Notes under the pieces: generated by a model
The model's database searches: none
The model's input: only the letters and a program-made list of their open reading frames with translations
Told to the model about the DNA's origin: nothing
Shown: piece by piece, positions 13,861 to 23,547 of the stretch
How the letters are laid out: each line of letters starts with the position of its first letter
How positions within the stretch are numbered: position 1 is the stretch's first letter
Program-made: the position numbers and the translations under genes
DNA from: Xylographa opegraphella
Taxonomy: Eukaryota
Length of the DNA stretch: 64,000 bases
Assembly (NCBI GenBank): GCA_022813865.1
Contig: JALDZX010000013.1
Location: 124,001-188,000 of the forward strand
Direction of reading: 5' to 3'

Positions 13861-14376
13861 GATTCAAAAGCCTAAGATGGCCCGCTTGCCGCATTTTGCT
13901 TGACGAGGTACCATACCAACGGTCGTATTTTTTCTTGTTGTAAGTACTACCTTGGCTTATGCTTAAATCCTGACGATCAGCTCTTGCCACTCATGGTGGT
14001 CTGAAAGTGATATAGATATCCCTGCTAGATCTTTAGTCGCACGAGGAGCTGGAACGTGACTACGGTAGATCTCTGCTCATCTGTCTTACCGTACCTACAT
14101 GTATTGTTTCCCTAGTCTTATTTATGGCTGTCAAGCTGTGTACATTATGTCGTACGCGGAACGCATGATTGGAATCTCAATCCTCGTGTTTATTGTGAGC
14201 ACCTCAACGCAATCTTCTTATTATAGTCTCCGTTAGCACGCCCTTCTCGGAGTGTTCTGCTTCTGCCAAGTGAGGTGCATTGCCAATCGCGAAGATGGTT
14301 TGCTCTAATTTACTGGTTGAATAATACTTCAATTATGATCCTTTGAGCCGGCTTCGACTGGTAAGAAATCGGAAGA

Positions 14377-15495
14377 TTAAACTGTCCTTAACTTCTCGTT
14401 AATTAGATTAGCATCACTGGTCGCTGTATCTGCTAACCATCCATTGCCTTTTGGGCCGAATTCTGGTAAATCACCAGTCACGCATTCCAGAGCTTCTGGA
14501 GGTGGCGATAACGGTACTGGGGTGCCTGGAGGGGACCGAAGATACAATTTGGGTCTGTAATACGATACAAGTTCATCTTTGCCAATCGCCTTCATGAAGT
14601 CTAAGACTGTATATGTTTGGTCTCTTGAATAAGTCATCCAGAGCCAAAGGTGTTGAGCCGTGGATACTGCATGACTAAAGCTGACTAGTCCTGTAACGAA
14701 CTTGACCCAATTTATGATTCGCTCTGGGTCGACGGAGCCTTCGTGCTGGCGAAACTCGATGGTCATCTTCGGCAAATACTGTGTGAGGGATAAATTCCCA
14801 AAATTGTAAGCATATTTCTTGGTCAAATCGGGATTCATTAATGCCCGCAGTTCTTCGAATGTTTGACATTCTTCAATCGTGGAGCCGATCTCATTAATAT
14901 CAGTGGTTCCCCATGACGACTTCTTACATTGCTGCGTTCCGTCAGCGCTTATTCGTGCATCAGGATGAATAGATTCGATAATATGCTCGAAGGTGACTAC
15001 GAGGATTGACAACTTTTTAAGTGTTTGAAGCGCGAAACCACGATTTCCATCTCCAACATGTACATGGAGTCCAGTGGACTCGTTTGTGATAAGTGTATAT
15101 CTGGTCTGAATGATTTGTATCACAGCCTCGATCTCTTTGAAGCTTTCGTCAGTCAATGGCAGAATTCTCGAGACAAGCTCCAATATTTTGTATTCATGGT
15201 CCGGTATATTATCACCATTTGTCTCAAAAGCTTCAATGCTGCTGTCTTCTTTAATGGTCCAACGGTCGTTCCATTCATTATCGTCAGGATCTTGAAGTCC
15301 AATGTTGACTGGGATACCGTTCGTCGATAGTATTTCGAAAATGCTGGCATAAGAAGAGTTGCTGAAGAGATTGCTATAACCATGGGGCGACTGTTTATAT
15401 CTAGCCTCGTTGGCCTTGTATTGATCATTCGTCATCCTAAGAACACATTCGAATTCGACTGCGAAAGTGATGTGCAACGGCATTTCGGTAGACAT
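14377..15495 (-). CDS. Putative amidoligase (Amidoligase_2, COOH-NH2 ligase fold)
   Basis: ITFAVEFE, WTIKEDSSI, LELVSRIL, STGLHVHVG, YAYNFGNL and TIEFRQHEGSVD..NWVKFV, in the order typical of the family. Intronless. Confidence 0.85.
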   Translation of the reverse strand: MSTEMPLHITFAVEFECVLRMTNDQYKANEARYKQSPHGYSNLFSNSSYASIFEILSTNGIPVNIGLQDPDDNEWNDRWTIKEDSSIEAFETNGDNIPDHEYKILELVSRILPLTDESFKEIEAVIQIIQTRYTLITNESTGLHVHVGDGNRGFALQTLKKLSILVVTFEHIIESIHPDARISADGTQQCKKSSWGTTDINEIGSTIEECQTFEELRALMNPDLTKKYAYNFGNLSLTQYLPKMTIEFRQHEGSVDPERIINWVKFVTGLVSFSHAVSTAQHLWLWMTYSRDQTYTVLDFMKAIGKDELVSYYRPKLYLRSPPGTPVPLSPPPEALECVTGDLPEFGPKGNGWLADTATSDANLINEKLRTV

Positions 15496-15884
15496 GGTAG
15501 TGCCTGGTCGGGTGGTTTGGATAACGCCCCAGTATCATTTGGGTCCTCTTTTTCTTCCTGGCCATACCACAGGTATCGTTCAAGTTCCATTCCGAGAGTC
15601 AAGCTGGTGGCCACGCAATTGGAGGTTGAGGAACAATGAGATAATGAATACCTCCATTTGCGGACAATCGCGACGCATTTGGATCTTCAAACAAAGAGGA
15701 CATATGACAAAGCTCGATGCAATTCCAACACGGGGAGCCTACATCATCTCATACCGATCACACTGGGGCGCTACAGGTATATGCGCTCTTCTGCTATGTG
15801 AAGAAACACACGCACGGTCCGAGTCTCGGGCTTTTCGTTATCCATTTGAGCATTATCGGCTGAATCGGTCCGCCAATTATAAGC

Positions 15885-18800
15885 ATGGAAGGCAACCCGC
15901 TTGGTGGCGATGATGAAGAAACCCATAATCGCACATCTCCAGTGGACACGGAGACTGGTACTGTGGTGCTACCAAGCGCATCGGAGCGCTTTTCTCTTCG
16001 TGAAATCCAAGAAGCGTTTACAGCGGCTTGGGATGGGCAGAGCAGCGATGTTCCTCTTGTCCATGCGGTCCACAATTATTTGCCGGGACTGCAGCAAGCT
16101 GTCTCTACGACAGAAAGGAACACATCACTCGAGGAAGAGAACAAGCGCCTCAAAGATGAAGCGTTGGAACCCCCCTTAGGAAGATATACGGCTGCTGAAT
16201 TGGCAACGGAACCGCAAACTACAATCACCCATCTCGAAAACCAGAGAAAGGATCTTGAAGAGAAGCTAAAGAATGTCGAGACAATCTTGACACAGTCCGA
16301 AGATGCGAATAGGGATAAAGATCAACAAATCGAAAAGTTGTCAGCAACGGTTGATAGTCATACGAAGGCCAACGCTAAGGAACTGTCCAGATTCCAGGCT
16401 GAGAAGGAAGTCCATGAACGCCAAAAAGCTAAGCTCGAGGAAGAACTTCGACAAGCTCAAAGAGTCATTGCAGAAAATAACACGGATTTCGAAGACGAGA
16501 ACCGTGCTCTATATACCAAAAAAGATCTCAGCGAGTTGGCCAGAACACAATCAGAATCTCTGAAAACAAATGCTGAGGACCTGGAGAAATATGTTTTGGA
16601 AATCAAAGCCTGCAAAACAGCACTCGAGGCTGAGAAAGAAGCACATGACCTTCAAGTAGCTAAAGTCAAAGAGGAACTTCGAAAAGCTCAAGAAGTTATT
16701 GCTAAGCATGATACGGATCCAGAAAACGAAGAAAGGGCTATGTATACAAAAAATGACCTTAGCGAGATAGCCAGAACACACTCAGAAACACTGCAAAGAA
16801 ATGCTGAGGACATGGGAAAGTGCATATCGGAAAACAAAGCCCACAGAAAACAAATTCTTAAGCTTGAAGCTGAACTTCAACAAGCCATAGAAAGTGCTAG
16901 AAGTTCCCAGGAGCTGCAGGCGAGGATTGACTTACTTATGGAGGGCACAGAACCTAGTGGTAGCTCTAGCCCTGATGGGGAGACCCGGACGACTGTAGAG
17001 GAACTCTTGGACGAAGCCACAATACTAGAGAATGAGAACCAGAAACTCAAGGCGCAGATAGCCAAGCTTGAAGCGCAAGCAACGATAAGCAATTTGGGAG
17101 CGACTATCCATACGTTAAGTGGCAATATAGAAAGGGAGCGAGAGGTCTTAAGTCGTGCGGCTACCCAGAATGATGTGAAATTACAAACCTCTCTCGATGA
17201 GGGGGTCAAGGACCGGACGCGCACGCAGTTTCGGACAGATGAGCTTGGGGATTTTCAGAAGGAGAGGGCCGCTTTGCAGGAGCAAGTCGATGAGCTAAGG
17301 AATTCGAGATCGGAGCTTAGGAAGAAGATTAATATCACATATAAAAAGGAGTTGCAGAGTATGACGATGTACAAGGCCATACAGGGGCAAATGAAAGCAC
17401 TGAATGGAGTCGGTGATGAGGCTAAGAATGAAGAAATCAAGCGTCTCGAGAGCTACAACGAGGCCCTCTCTGGCAATGTTTCTGATCGGGACATAACTAT
17501 AGGAGAACTTAGAGAAGAGCTAGCACAGGCTCAAGGATTGCTGGAAGCCGGCAACAGTCGGATTAAAGAACTGCGAAGCAAAGTAGAGGAGTTGAAGCTG
17601 CAGAAGAGTACTGACGATGAAGAAATCAGCGTCCTTCGAACCCAGGCTGAGGCAAACTTACAAATAATGGGACAGATGGAAGCCGACCGGAATGCCGCAG
17701 CGGAGAAATGTAACAACGAGAAGCAAGCGCTGTCACAGCAAATCAAAGTAAAGGATGGACAGATTCGAGAGTTTGGTCTTAACACGGTGGAGCTCAATGG
17801 CGATTTGACTAGCTGCAATCAGCAGAGATCCCTCTTACAAGACCAGCTTACACAAGCTGAGGATGAACTCGGTGTCGCTCTTGCCGCCCTTGAGCGGTAC
17901 CGCCAAGAAAGATACCAGCTCGAACAGCAGCTTGATGGCGCTAAGGTTTCTCAAAACGCATTAGAAGATGTCAATGGTGCTTTGGCTCTCAGCAACGAGG
18001 AACGAGATCGCCTCAGAGTTGAGCTGGCGAACGCTCGTACGGAACTTGCTCGGCGCCAGCAAGAGCATCACAGCCTCCAACGGCAACTTGATGGCGCAAT
18101 TACTCCTCAAAATACAACTGAAAGTGTTAGTGGAGAACTGGCTCTCTGCAACGAGGAGAGAGACGGCCTTAGAATCGAGCTAGCGAACGCTCGTGCTGCG
18201 CTCGCTCGGTGCCAGCAAGAAAGTCGACGCCTCGAGATTGAGCTCGCTGGCGTTAGTAGCCAGACCCAGCGCACTCATGGAAACGGCGAAGTCCCAAACG
18301 AGCCCTCAAATCCCAATGCCCCATACGTGCCCGACGCGGCAGATGACGACCTGGCTCGCTGCAGGGCCGATAACGCCGACCTCACCTTGCAGCTTCAGCG
18401 CGCCCACCGACATATCCTAGCCATCGAGCGCGCCGAAAATAGCCCCGACCCGCGCGCCGCCCTCGCCCGCCTCGAAGACAGCGTCGCCGAGAGCGACGCC
18501 ATGATCTCCCACCTCGAGGCCGCGCTCTCCACGGCGCGGACGAACAACACCCACCTTATCGATATCAACCGAGCCTTGAAACCGAACCTCCGAGCCGCGA
18601 ACCAGATGCGCGGTGCACGCAACACAGACCTCCGCGCCCGCGACGAGACCATTGCCCAGCTGCGCGCCGACATGCAAGCCGCCCACGCCGACATCGCCGA
18701 CATCCAGAACCTCAACACCTACCTGCAAGACCGCCTCGGCCAGCTCCTGCACGACATCTTCAGCGTCCTGCGCGAGCACCTCGGCCTCGCGCCGCCGAGC

Positions 18801-19121
18801 ATCGCATCCCGCGACCTCAACGACGTGGCGCCTTGGCTGGGCGCCCTGAGCAATCGGCTCCGCGCGCGGGACGGCCCGCGTGAGGTCGTGCCTCGCGAGA
18901 CTGCTCCCCGCAGCCACTTCCTCTCCTTCCTCCCGCGCCGCGGCTCGTGCGCGGCGTGCGCGGAGCTCGCGGCCGTGGCGGGGGATCTCGATCAGACGTA
19001 TCTGCTGCGCAGAGAGGATTTCGAGGGGATGAGGGCGAGGGTGGATGGGATTGTGTGGGGGCTGGAGGATCGGGTGCGTGGGCTGGAGAGGCAGCTGGAG
19101 GGGAGGGGGGGTGATTGGTAA
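15885..19121 (+). CDS. 1078-aa coiled-coil protein with internal tandem duplications
   Basis: Long intronless E/K/Q/L-rich heptad ORF containing 77-aa and 52-aa duplicated units. Confidence 0.8.
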   Translation: MEGNPLGGDDEETHNRTSPVDTETGTVVLPSASERFSLREIQEAFTAAWDGQSSDVPLVHAVHNYLPGLQQAVSTTERNTSLEEENKRLKDEALEPPLGRYTAAELATEPQTTITHLENQRKDLEEKLKNVETILTQSEDANRDKDQQIEKLSATVDSHTKANAKELSRFQAEKEVHERQKAKLEEELRQAQRVIAENNTDFEDENRALYTKKDLSELARTQSESLKTNAEDLEKYVLEIKACKTALEAEKEAHDLQVAKVKEELRKAQEVIAKHDTDPENEERAMYTKNDLSEIARTHSETLQRNAEDMGKCISENKAHRKQILKLEAELQQAIESARSSQELQARIDLLMEGTEPSGSSSPDGETRTTVEELLDEATILENENQKLKAQIAKLEAQATISNLGATIHTLSGNIEREREVLSRAATQNDVKLQTSLDEGVKDRTRTQFRTDELGDFQKERAALQEQVDELRNSRSELRKKINITYKKELQSMTMYKAIQGQMKALNGVGDEAKNEEIKRLESYNEALSGNVSDRDITIGELREELAQAQGLLEAGNSRIKELRSKVEELKLQKSTDDEEISVLRTQAEANLQIMGQMEADRNAAAEKCNNEKQALSQQIKVKDGQIREFGLNTVELNGDLTSCNQQRSLLQDQLTQAEDELGVALAALERYRQERYQLEQQLDGAKVSQNALEDVNGALALSNEERDRLRVELANARTELARRQQEHHSLQRQLDGAITPQNTTESVSGELALCNEERDGLRIELANARAALARCQQESRRLEIELAGVSSQTQRTHGNGEVPNEPSNPNAPYVPDAADDDLARCRADNADLTLQLQRAHRHILAIERAENSPDPRAALARLEDSVAESDAMISHLEAALSTARTNNTHLIDINRALKPNLRAANQMRGARNTDLRARDETIAQLRADMQAAHADIADIQNLNTYLQDRLGQLLHDIFSVLREHLGLAPPSIASRDLNDVAPWLGALSNRLRARDGPREVVPRETAPRSHFLSFLPRRGSCAACAELAAVAGDLDQTYLLRREDFEGMRARVDGIVWGLEDRVRGLERQLEGRGGDW
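16398..16859 (+). repeat. Intragenic 231-bp tandem duplication (2 copies)
   Basis: gctgagaaggaagtccatgaa at 16398 versus gctgagaaagaagcacatgac at 16629. Protein RALYTKKDLSELARTQSESL versus RAMYTKNDLSEIARTHSETL. Confidence 0.85.
17900..18240 (+). repeat. Intragenic 156-bp tandem duplication (~2.2 copies)
   Basis: ttggctctcagcaacgaggaacgagat at 17982 versus ctggctctctgcaacgaggagagagac at 18138. Protein LALSNEERDRLRVELANAR versus LALCNEERDGLRIELANAR. Confidence 0.85.
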
Positions 19122-19570
19122 AGTGGGAGCGATAGTTTGGGGAGAGGACCTGGAGTTTGGGGGTTGGGATGAAAGGGGTAAGCGGCGAGGTGTGGATGTA
19201 TGTATGGCTTTCAGAGGTTCGTTTATTCGCGTAGTGGAATTAGGATGCGGCCTCGTTTGGGAGCGAGCTCAGTGGCGTCAGGGGCCTTCACAGCTCAAAT
19301 CACAGTTTCGAGTCTCAGCGAATTTCATAGGTACCTGCCAAAGATCTATACCCCGCCAACAGAAAACACATGCTCCCTGAATCGTGCTCGGCTAGTAAAA
19401 AAAAAATGGAGAAAAAGCAAATTCACATGTCCTCAAAATGCCCGCCCTGGCTATGCCACAAACAAACAAAAAACAAAAACAAAACAGTACCCAGTGCAAA
19501 CGCCCACAGCCCCCTCATACCCTCACCCCCCACATACGTCCGGCCCGTCCCACCCCACCCCCTCCATCCA

Positions 19571-22504
19571 TCACGGCACAAACAGGCGCGAAAAGCCAAC
19601 GACATCCTGCCGACAGCAGACACAGGTCGCGAAATTATTCATCGCCAAACTGACACGACAGTCCTCGCACAGACTCAAGCAGCGACACGGCCAGCTGAGA
19701 ATGGTGCGCGGCGCGCTCTGGCACACGACGCACTGGGGCCCGCCGGCACCGAGGCCGTCGGCGCCGTCCTGCCACGCGGACGCCTGCTCGCCGCTGCGGT
19801 CGCGCTGGGCGCGCGAGCGGAGGATGAGGTATTCGAGCAGGTCGGCCTCCTCGAAGGGGAAGAGCTTGCCGTCCGGGGCGGAGGGCTTGAAGCCGGCGGG
19901 GCGGTAGCGGGTTGAGGTGAGGACGTGGGCGTTGTCGGTGCTGGAGAGGTGTTGGTAGCGGGCGCGGGTGAGGATGCGGTCGCTGCTGAGGTGGTGGGCG
20001 AGGATGCGGGCCTCGCTGCGGGAGTCGGCGTCGCGCGGGTTGAGGAGCCGGGCGAGGAGGGAGGCGTCGAGGGGGAGGTCGAGGGGCGGAGAGGATTCGC
20101 GGCTTCGCGGGTGGGGTTCCTGCTGGGTGGGGGTGCGCCGGCCTTCTTGGTCGTCGGGGTTGGATTCCCAGCCGGCGTCGCTGGCGGCGCTGGCGGCTGT
20201 GGTCTCGGAGATGAGGCTGGTGGTGTCGTCGTCTTCTTCGGGAGGGATGGTGTAGTCCCCGCTGCTGTCGCGTTCGCCCCACCAGCCACCGTGGGTCCAC
20301 CACGAGTAGAGGTTTGAGTCGAGCTTGCGCTCTTCCTCTTCGTTCCATGTGCGGCTGGCCATCTCTTGCCGTCTCTTGGTATGGAACTCAACGTCGACGT
20401 CGTCATTCTCCGGTAGTGACAGGACACCATCGTCAGACAGCAGCCAGAAGTCCAGACTACTCGATTGAGGGATACTAGTGACTTCTTCGGCTTTCCCGGT
20501 GATTTTGGACGTTCCTAATGTTTTTGATAACCACCGGGGACGGCGTCTTATGCCAAACGTGTCAAGCACTTTAATAAGTCCCAGAGCAAACCAGCCCGTC
20601 AACAGCCAGAAGATACTGCTTAGAAATTCCCAAGCCAGGACGTAGCGGCCGCCACGCTGATATGCTCCTACCCCATCAGCAGCAACGGTCGATTTCGGAG
20701 CGGATCCGCCCTTAAGTATTTTAGTTGTTCGCTCGCGAGCATATCCGCTCTGCCATTGACGTGTACCGGATGGCGATCGAGCTACTTGCTCTTCTGCGAA
20801 TGCAACGCCACTGGCAACGCCGGTAGAATCGGTATCTATGAATCTCTTTGAAAATGCGCTGCCTCTGGCGATGGCCGCAGCTCGCGAACGCTCAATTTCG
20901 TTTATTCGATCTTCCTCGAGCCAGGTCAGGCGGGAAATGGCTATCGGTCGTCCTTCGTTCAAAAAAACTGCCTCGCTCGCTGCTGTCAAAGCAGCAAAGC
21001 CAACTCGAAGAAGAGCAGTATAGAAGTCTTCAGTCATATTAAATTGAATGTTTGAAAGTTGCATATTTGCTTGCATGTTACTATGCGCATTCCGAAATGT
21101 CTCAGCCCATGTCGCCGCATGCGGCAGATCGGGCGGAGGCGAAAGTACTGAAAGCAACAACGCAATTGAATATATACAGCCGCAGAAAAAGATCCCAACA
21201 AGAATGAGTAGATGAGGTATGAACCCCACGATACAGACTGTAGGGAAACGGAGAATGCCGGCTTCTATACCATGCTCAAGGTTGAATCCCATGAAACCCC
21301 ACACGAAGGATGCCATAAAGCACAACCCCCAAAAACCGGTATTTAAGAGGCGGTAGTTGGACTGTAACCCGAGTACACCGAGAACGTGACTACTGAGATT
21401 ATTCAGGCAACTAATCAAAGCCATTAGAAGCACTTCTGGAGGTGTGTTCAATCGGTTCAAGAAGGAACTTCTTGTTACCAAAATCATAGGCTCGGTGTCG
21501 GTGATAGTGACATTGGTCGCACGTGGCACAGCTGGTTTTCGTGCCCCGAAAGGACCCAGGCCCAGTTGGTTCGTAACCATAGCTTCGGCTTCCGCAAACG
21601 CGAGGGAGTGTTCAAATATAGACATGCCGGTCTCGGTCATGAGTGGCCTACCTTGCACGGCACAGGACAGAGTCTCGACGAACTGACCAAGACAGAGTGA
21701 TTGAAATATAGGCCACAGCAAAGATAAAGAGCCAGTACGAATACCTCCTTCTTCGGAGTGAATCATATGAACGGCAAGGCAAGATTGTTCTTCAGTCTCC
21801 CAGAACAATGGTAGAGAGCTCAGCCAGTGAAGAAAGCCACCATCACCTGCAAAGTCGAAGATGATATGTTTGTCGGAGTTGCCATATCTCATTTGTGAAT
21901 AGTTCGGAGATGTTTGACAGCGCATAGACCTCAGAAGGGACTGGATTTGTGACAGAAACATCAGTATTGGTATGATCCGTAGTGCAAATCTGAGTTGCCA
22001 ATTCAGGGTCAAGTGACGACGGGATGTAGCGTAGATTTGTGTTCGATTGAGTATTATAGCCACCGTGAAGCATCCCAACGCCCACTTGCTTGTCATGTAG
22101 GTAAACACCCCTCCCAAGGTTCTTATCTGCTGAAAACTGAAGGCTTGGGAGAAAGAGCTTGTTGGTCCCCCGGTCGCTTGAGTGGCAGCAGCTCCAGCGG
22201 CCGCTGCGAGTTCTCCAGAAGCGATTCCGACGTTGGCAGCAGCCATTGCTCCTCCTTCGCCTGTTGCCTCCGCTATTATCCGACCTCCAGTTTCTCCACC
22301 GAATATGTTTTCAAATGCCTCAGGAATAGTGTCAAGTGCAAAGGAGCTCGCTCGTGCGGCTAGCCGTGGGACTACCAGTAGAAGATCCTTAGAGGATAGA
22401 TTGAGGTACGACGTGGTGTTCGCGGCAGAGGCTTTAAGGTGATCATAAGTTGAGGTTAGGACGGCCTCCGTGTCGGGCAGCGGAGGATGTGTATTGGCCG
22501 CCAT
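19571..22504 (-). CDS. ASI3: Inner nuclear membrane E3 ubiquitin ligase Asi3/Asi1-like
   Basis: Multiple TM segments (YMTSKWALGCFTVAIILNRT, LCLGQFVETLSCAVQGR, SIFEHSLAFAEAE) and a C-terminal RING CVVCQ..WPCRCLSLCEDCRVSLA..CVCCRQ. Confidence 0.88.
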   Translation of the reverse strand: MAANTHPPLPDTEAVLTSTYDHLKASAANTTSYLNLSSKDLLLVVPRLAARASSFALDTIPEAFENIFGGETGGRIIAEATGEGGAMAAANVGIASGELAAAAGAAATQATGGPTSSFSQAFSFQQIRTLGGVFTYMTSKWALGCFTVAIILNRTQIYATSRRHLTLNWQLRFALRIIPILMFLSQIQSLLRSMRCQTSPNYSQMRYGNSDKHIIFDFAGDGGFLHWLSSLPLFWETEEQSCLAVHMIHSEEGGIRTGSLSLLWPIFQSLCLGQFVETLSCAVQGRPLMTETGMSIFEHSLAFAEAEAMVTNQLGLGPFGARKPAVPRATNVTITDTEPMILVTRSSFLNRLNTPPEVLLMALISCLNNLSSHVLGVLGLQSNYRLLNTGFWGLCFMASFVWGFMGFNLEHGIEAGILRFPTVCIVGFIPHLLILVGIFFCGCIYSIALLLSVLSPPPDLPHAATWAETFRNAHSNMQANMQLSNIQFNMTEDFYTALLRVGFAALTAASEAVFLNEGRPIAISRLTWLEEDRINEIERSRAAAIARGSAFSKRFIDTDSTGVASGVAFAEEQVARSPSGTRQWQSGYARERTTKILKGGSAPKSTVAADGVGAYQRGGRYVLAWEFLSSIFWLLTGWFALGLIKVLDTFGIRRRPRWLSKTLGTSKITGKAEEVTSIPQSSSLDFWLLSDDGVLSLPENDDVDVEFHTKRRQEMASRTWNEEEERKLDSNLYSWWTHGGWWGERDSSGDYTIPPEEDDDTTSLISETTAASAASDAGWESNPDDQEGRRTPTQQEPHPRSRESSPPLDLPLDASLLARLLNPRDADSRSEARILAHHLSSDRILTRARYQHLSSTDNAHVLTSTRYRPAGFKPSAPDGKLFPFEEADLLEYLILRSRAQRDRSGEQASAWQDGADGLGAGGPQCVVCQSAPRTILSWPCRCLSLCEDCRVSLAMNNFATCVCCRQDVVGFSRLFVP

Positions 22505-22884
22505 ATCTGGCCCGTATTTACCCTCAAGATTCACAAGTGAGCATGTCGGAGAGCTCAGACCGTTGTTCTATTGGTCATCGAGGCCGTATCATACCATCCG
22601 CCACCGACACTTGTGACAGGATGCCACAGATGGTTGATTGAACATCCAAAGTATCGATGTGAATCCTGAGATGTTGATATAACAGCGGTCTAAGCTGAAC
22701 AATGTTGTCGTGCCGGGAATGCGGCGAGCTGGTCCATGAATTACATACATCCCTTTTATGTCATCCCGTATACTATTCCGAAAGCGCTAGTCGGTATCTG
22801 TCACAAAACAGGTCGTACTAAACCCACCCAGTAACTTAAATCCACCACCACTCCTTCCTCGTCACCGTCAACTCCCCCACAAGC

Positions 22885-23232
22885 ATGCCCTCCCTCTCCG
22901 CGCTCTCAATCTACCTGTTCGGAATGACCGCCTTCATAGCAGGTGCGGTCAATCTTCTCGCTCCGCAAGAAGCCCTCGCCACCTTAGATCTGCCAGCTTC
23001 GGCCCTTCCCGCCGTCAATGGCAACTCCCTGGCCGCCATCGCAATGGGGATCTATTATACCCTAGCAGCCTGGCAAAGCAACCGCGCTTTCTATGTCCTG
23101 ACTGTGCCGATGAGATCGCTGACCGCTGCGGTATTTTGGGCTCAAGGAGGGCCGTGGCGCTTGGCGGCCATGTGGGAGGCAGCAGGGGCACTGCTGACGG
23201 GCACGGCGCTGGTGTGGGAGAGGAGAGCCTGA
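22885..23232 (+). CDS. Small hypothetical multi-pass membrane protein (115 aa)
   Basis: ATG-initiated ORF that is almost entirely hydrophobic helices (LAAIAMGIYYTLAAWQSNRAFYVLTVPMR). Confidence 0.7.
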   Translation: MPSLSALSIYLFGMTAFIAGAVNLLAPQEALATLDLPASALPAVNGNSLAAIAMGIYYTLAAWQSNRAFYVLTVPMRSLTAAVFWAQGGPWRLAAMWEAAGALLTGTALVWERRA

Positions 23233-23547
23233 GCGGGGGTGAGAGATGAATGCAGGAGATAATCCGGTGTTCTGAATGGAAAGCGCCTGAGCTGTTCAAC
23301 ACTGAGGTATTTAGCATTGAAAGTCACGAGAGACACGAATAAATAGGACTCCATGGCAAAGGTGACCGTAGTCACCGGTTTCATTTAGCAACATTCCTTT
23401 CTATCTGTAACATGCCATTCGAAATAGACAACACCGCAGATGAAGCTCAACGCCTCGAGCAAGCCCGTATGCAAAGAGTCAGGGGTATAAAGCTACTGGA
23501 TAGTGGAGTTGTTCCGCAAACGGAAAACTTTCAAACGCATGTCTGCC

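Noticed and set aside
18395..20430. Many long alternative-frame and antisense ORFs in GC-rich islands (also 5.9-6.6, 9.4-10.1, 35-35.6, 47.3-48.2 and 59-60.8 kb)
   Set aside because: Expected from stop-codon scarcity at high GC; they are shadows of recognised genes.
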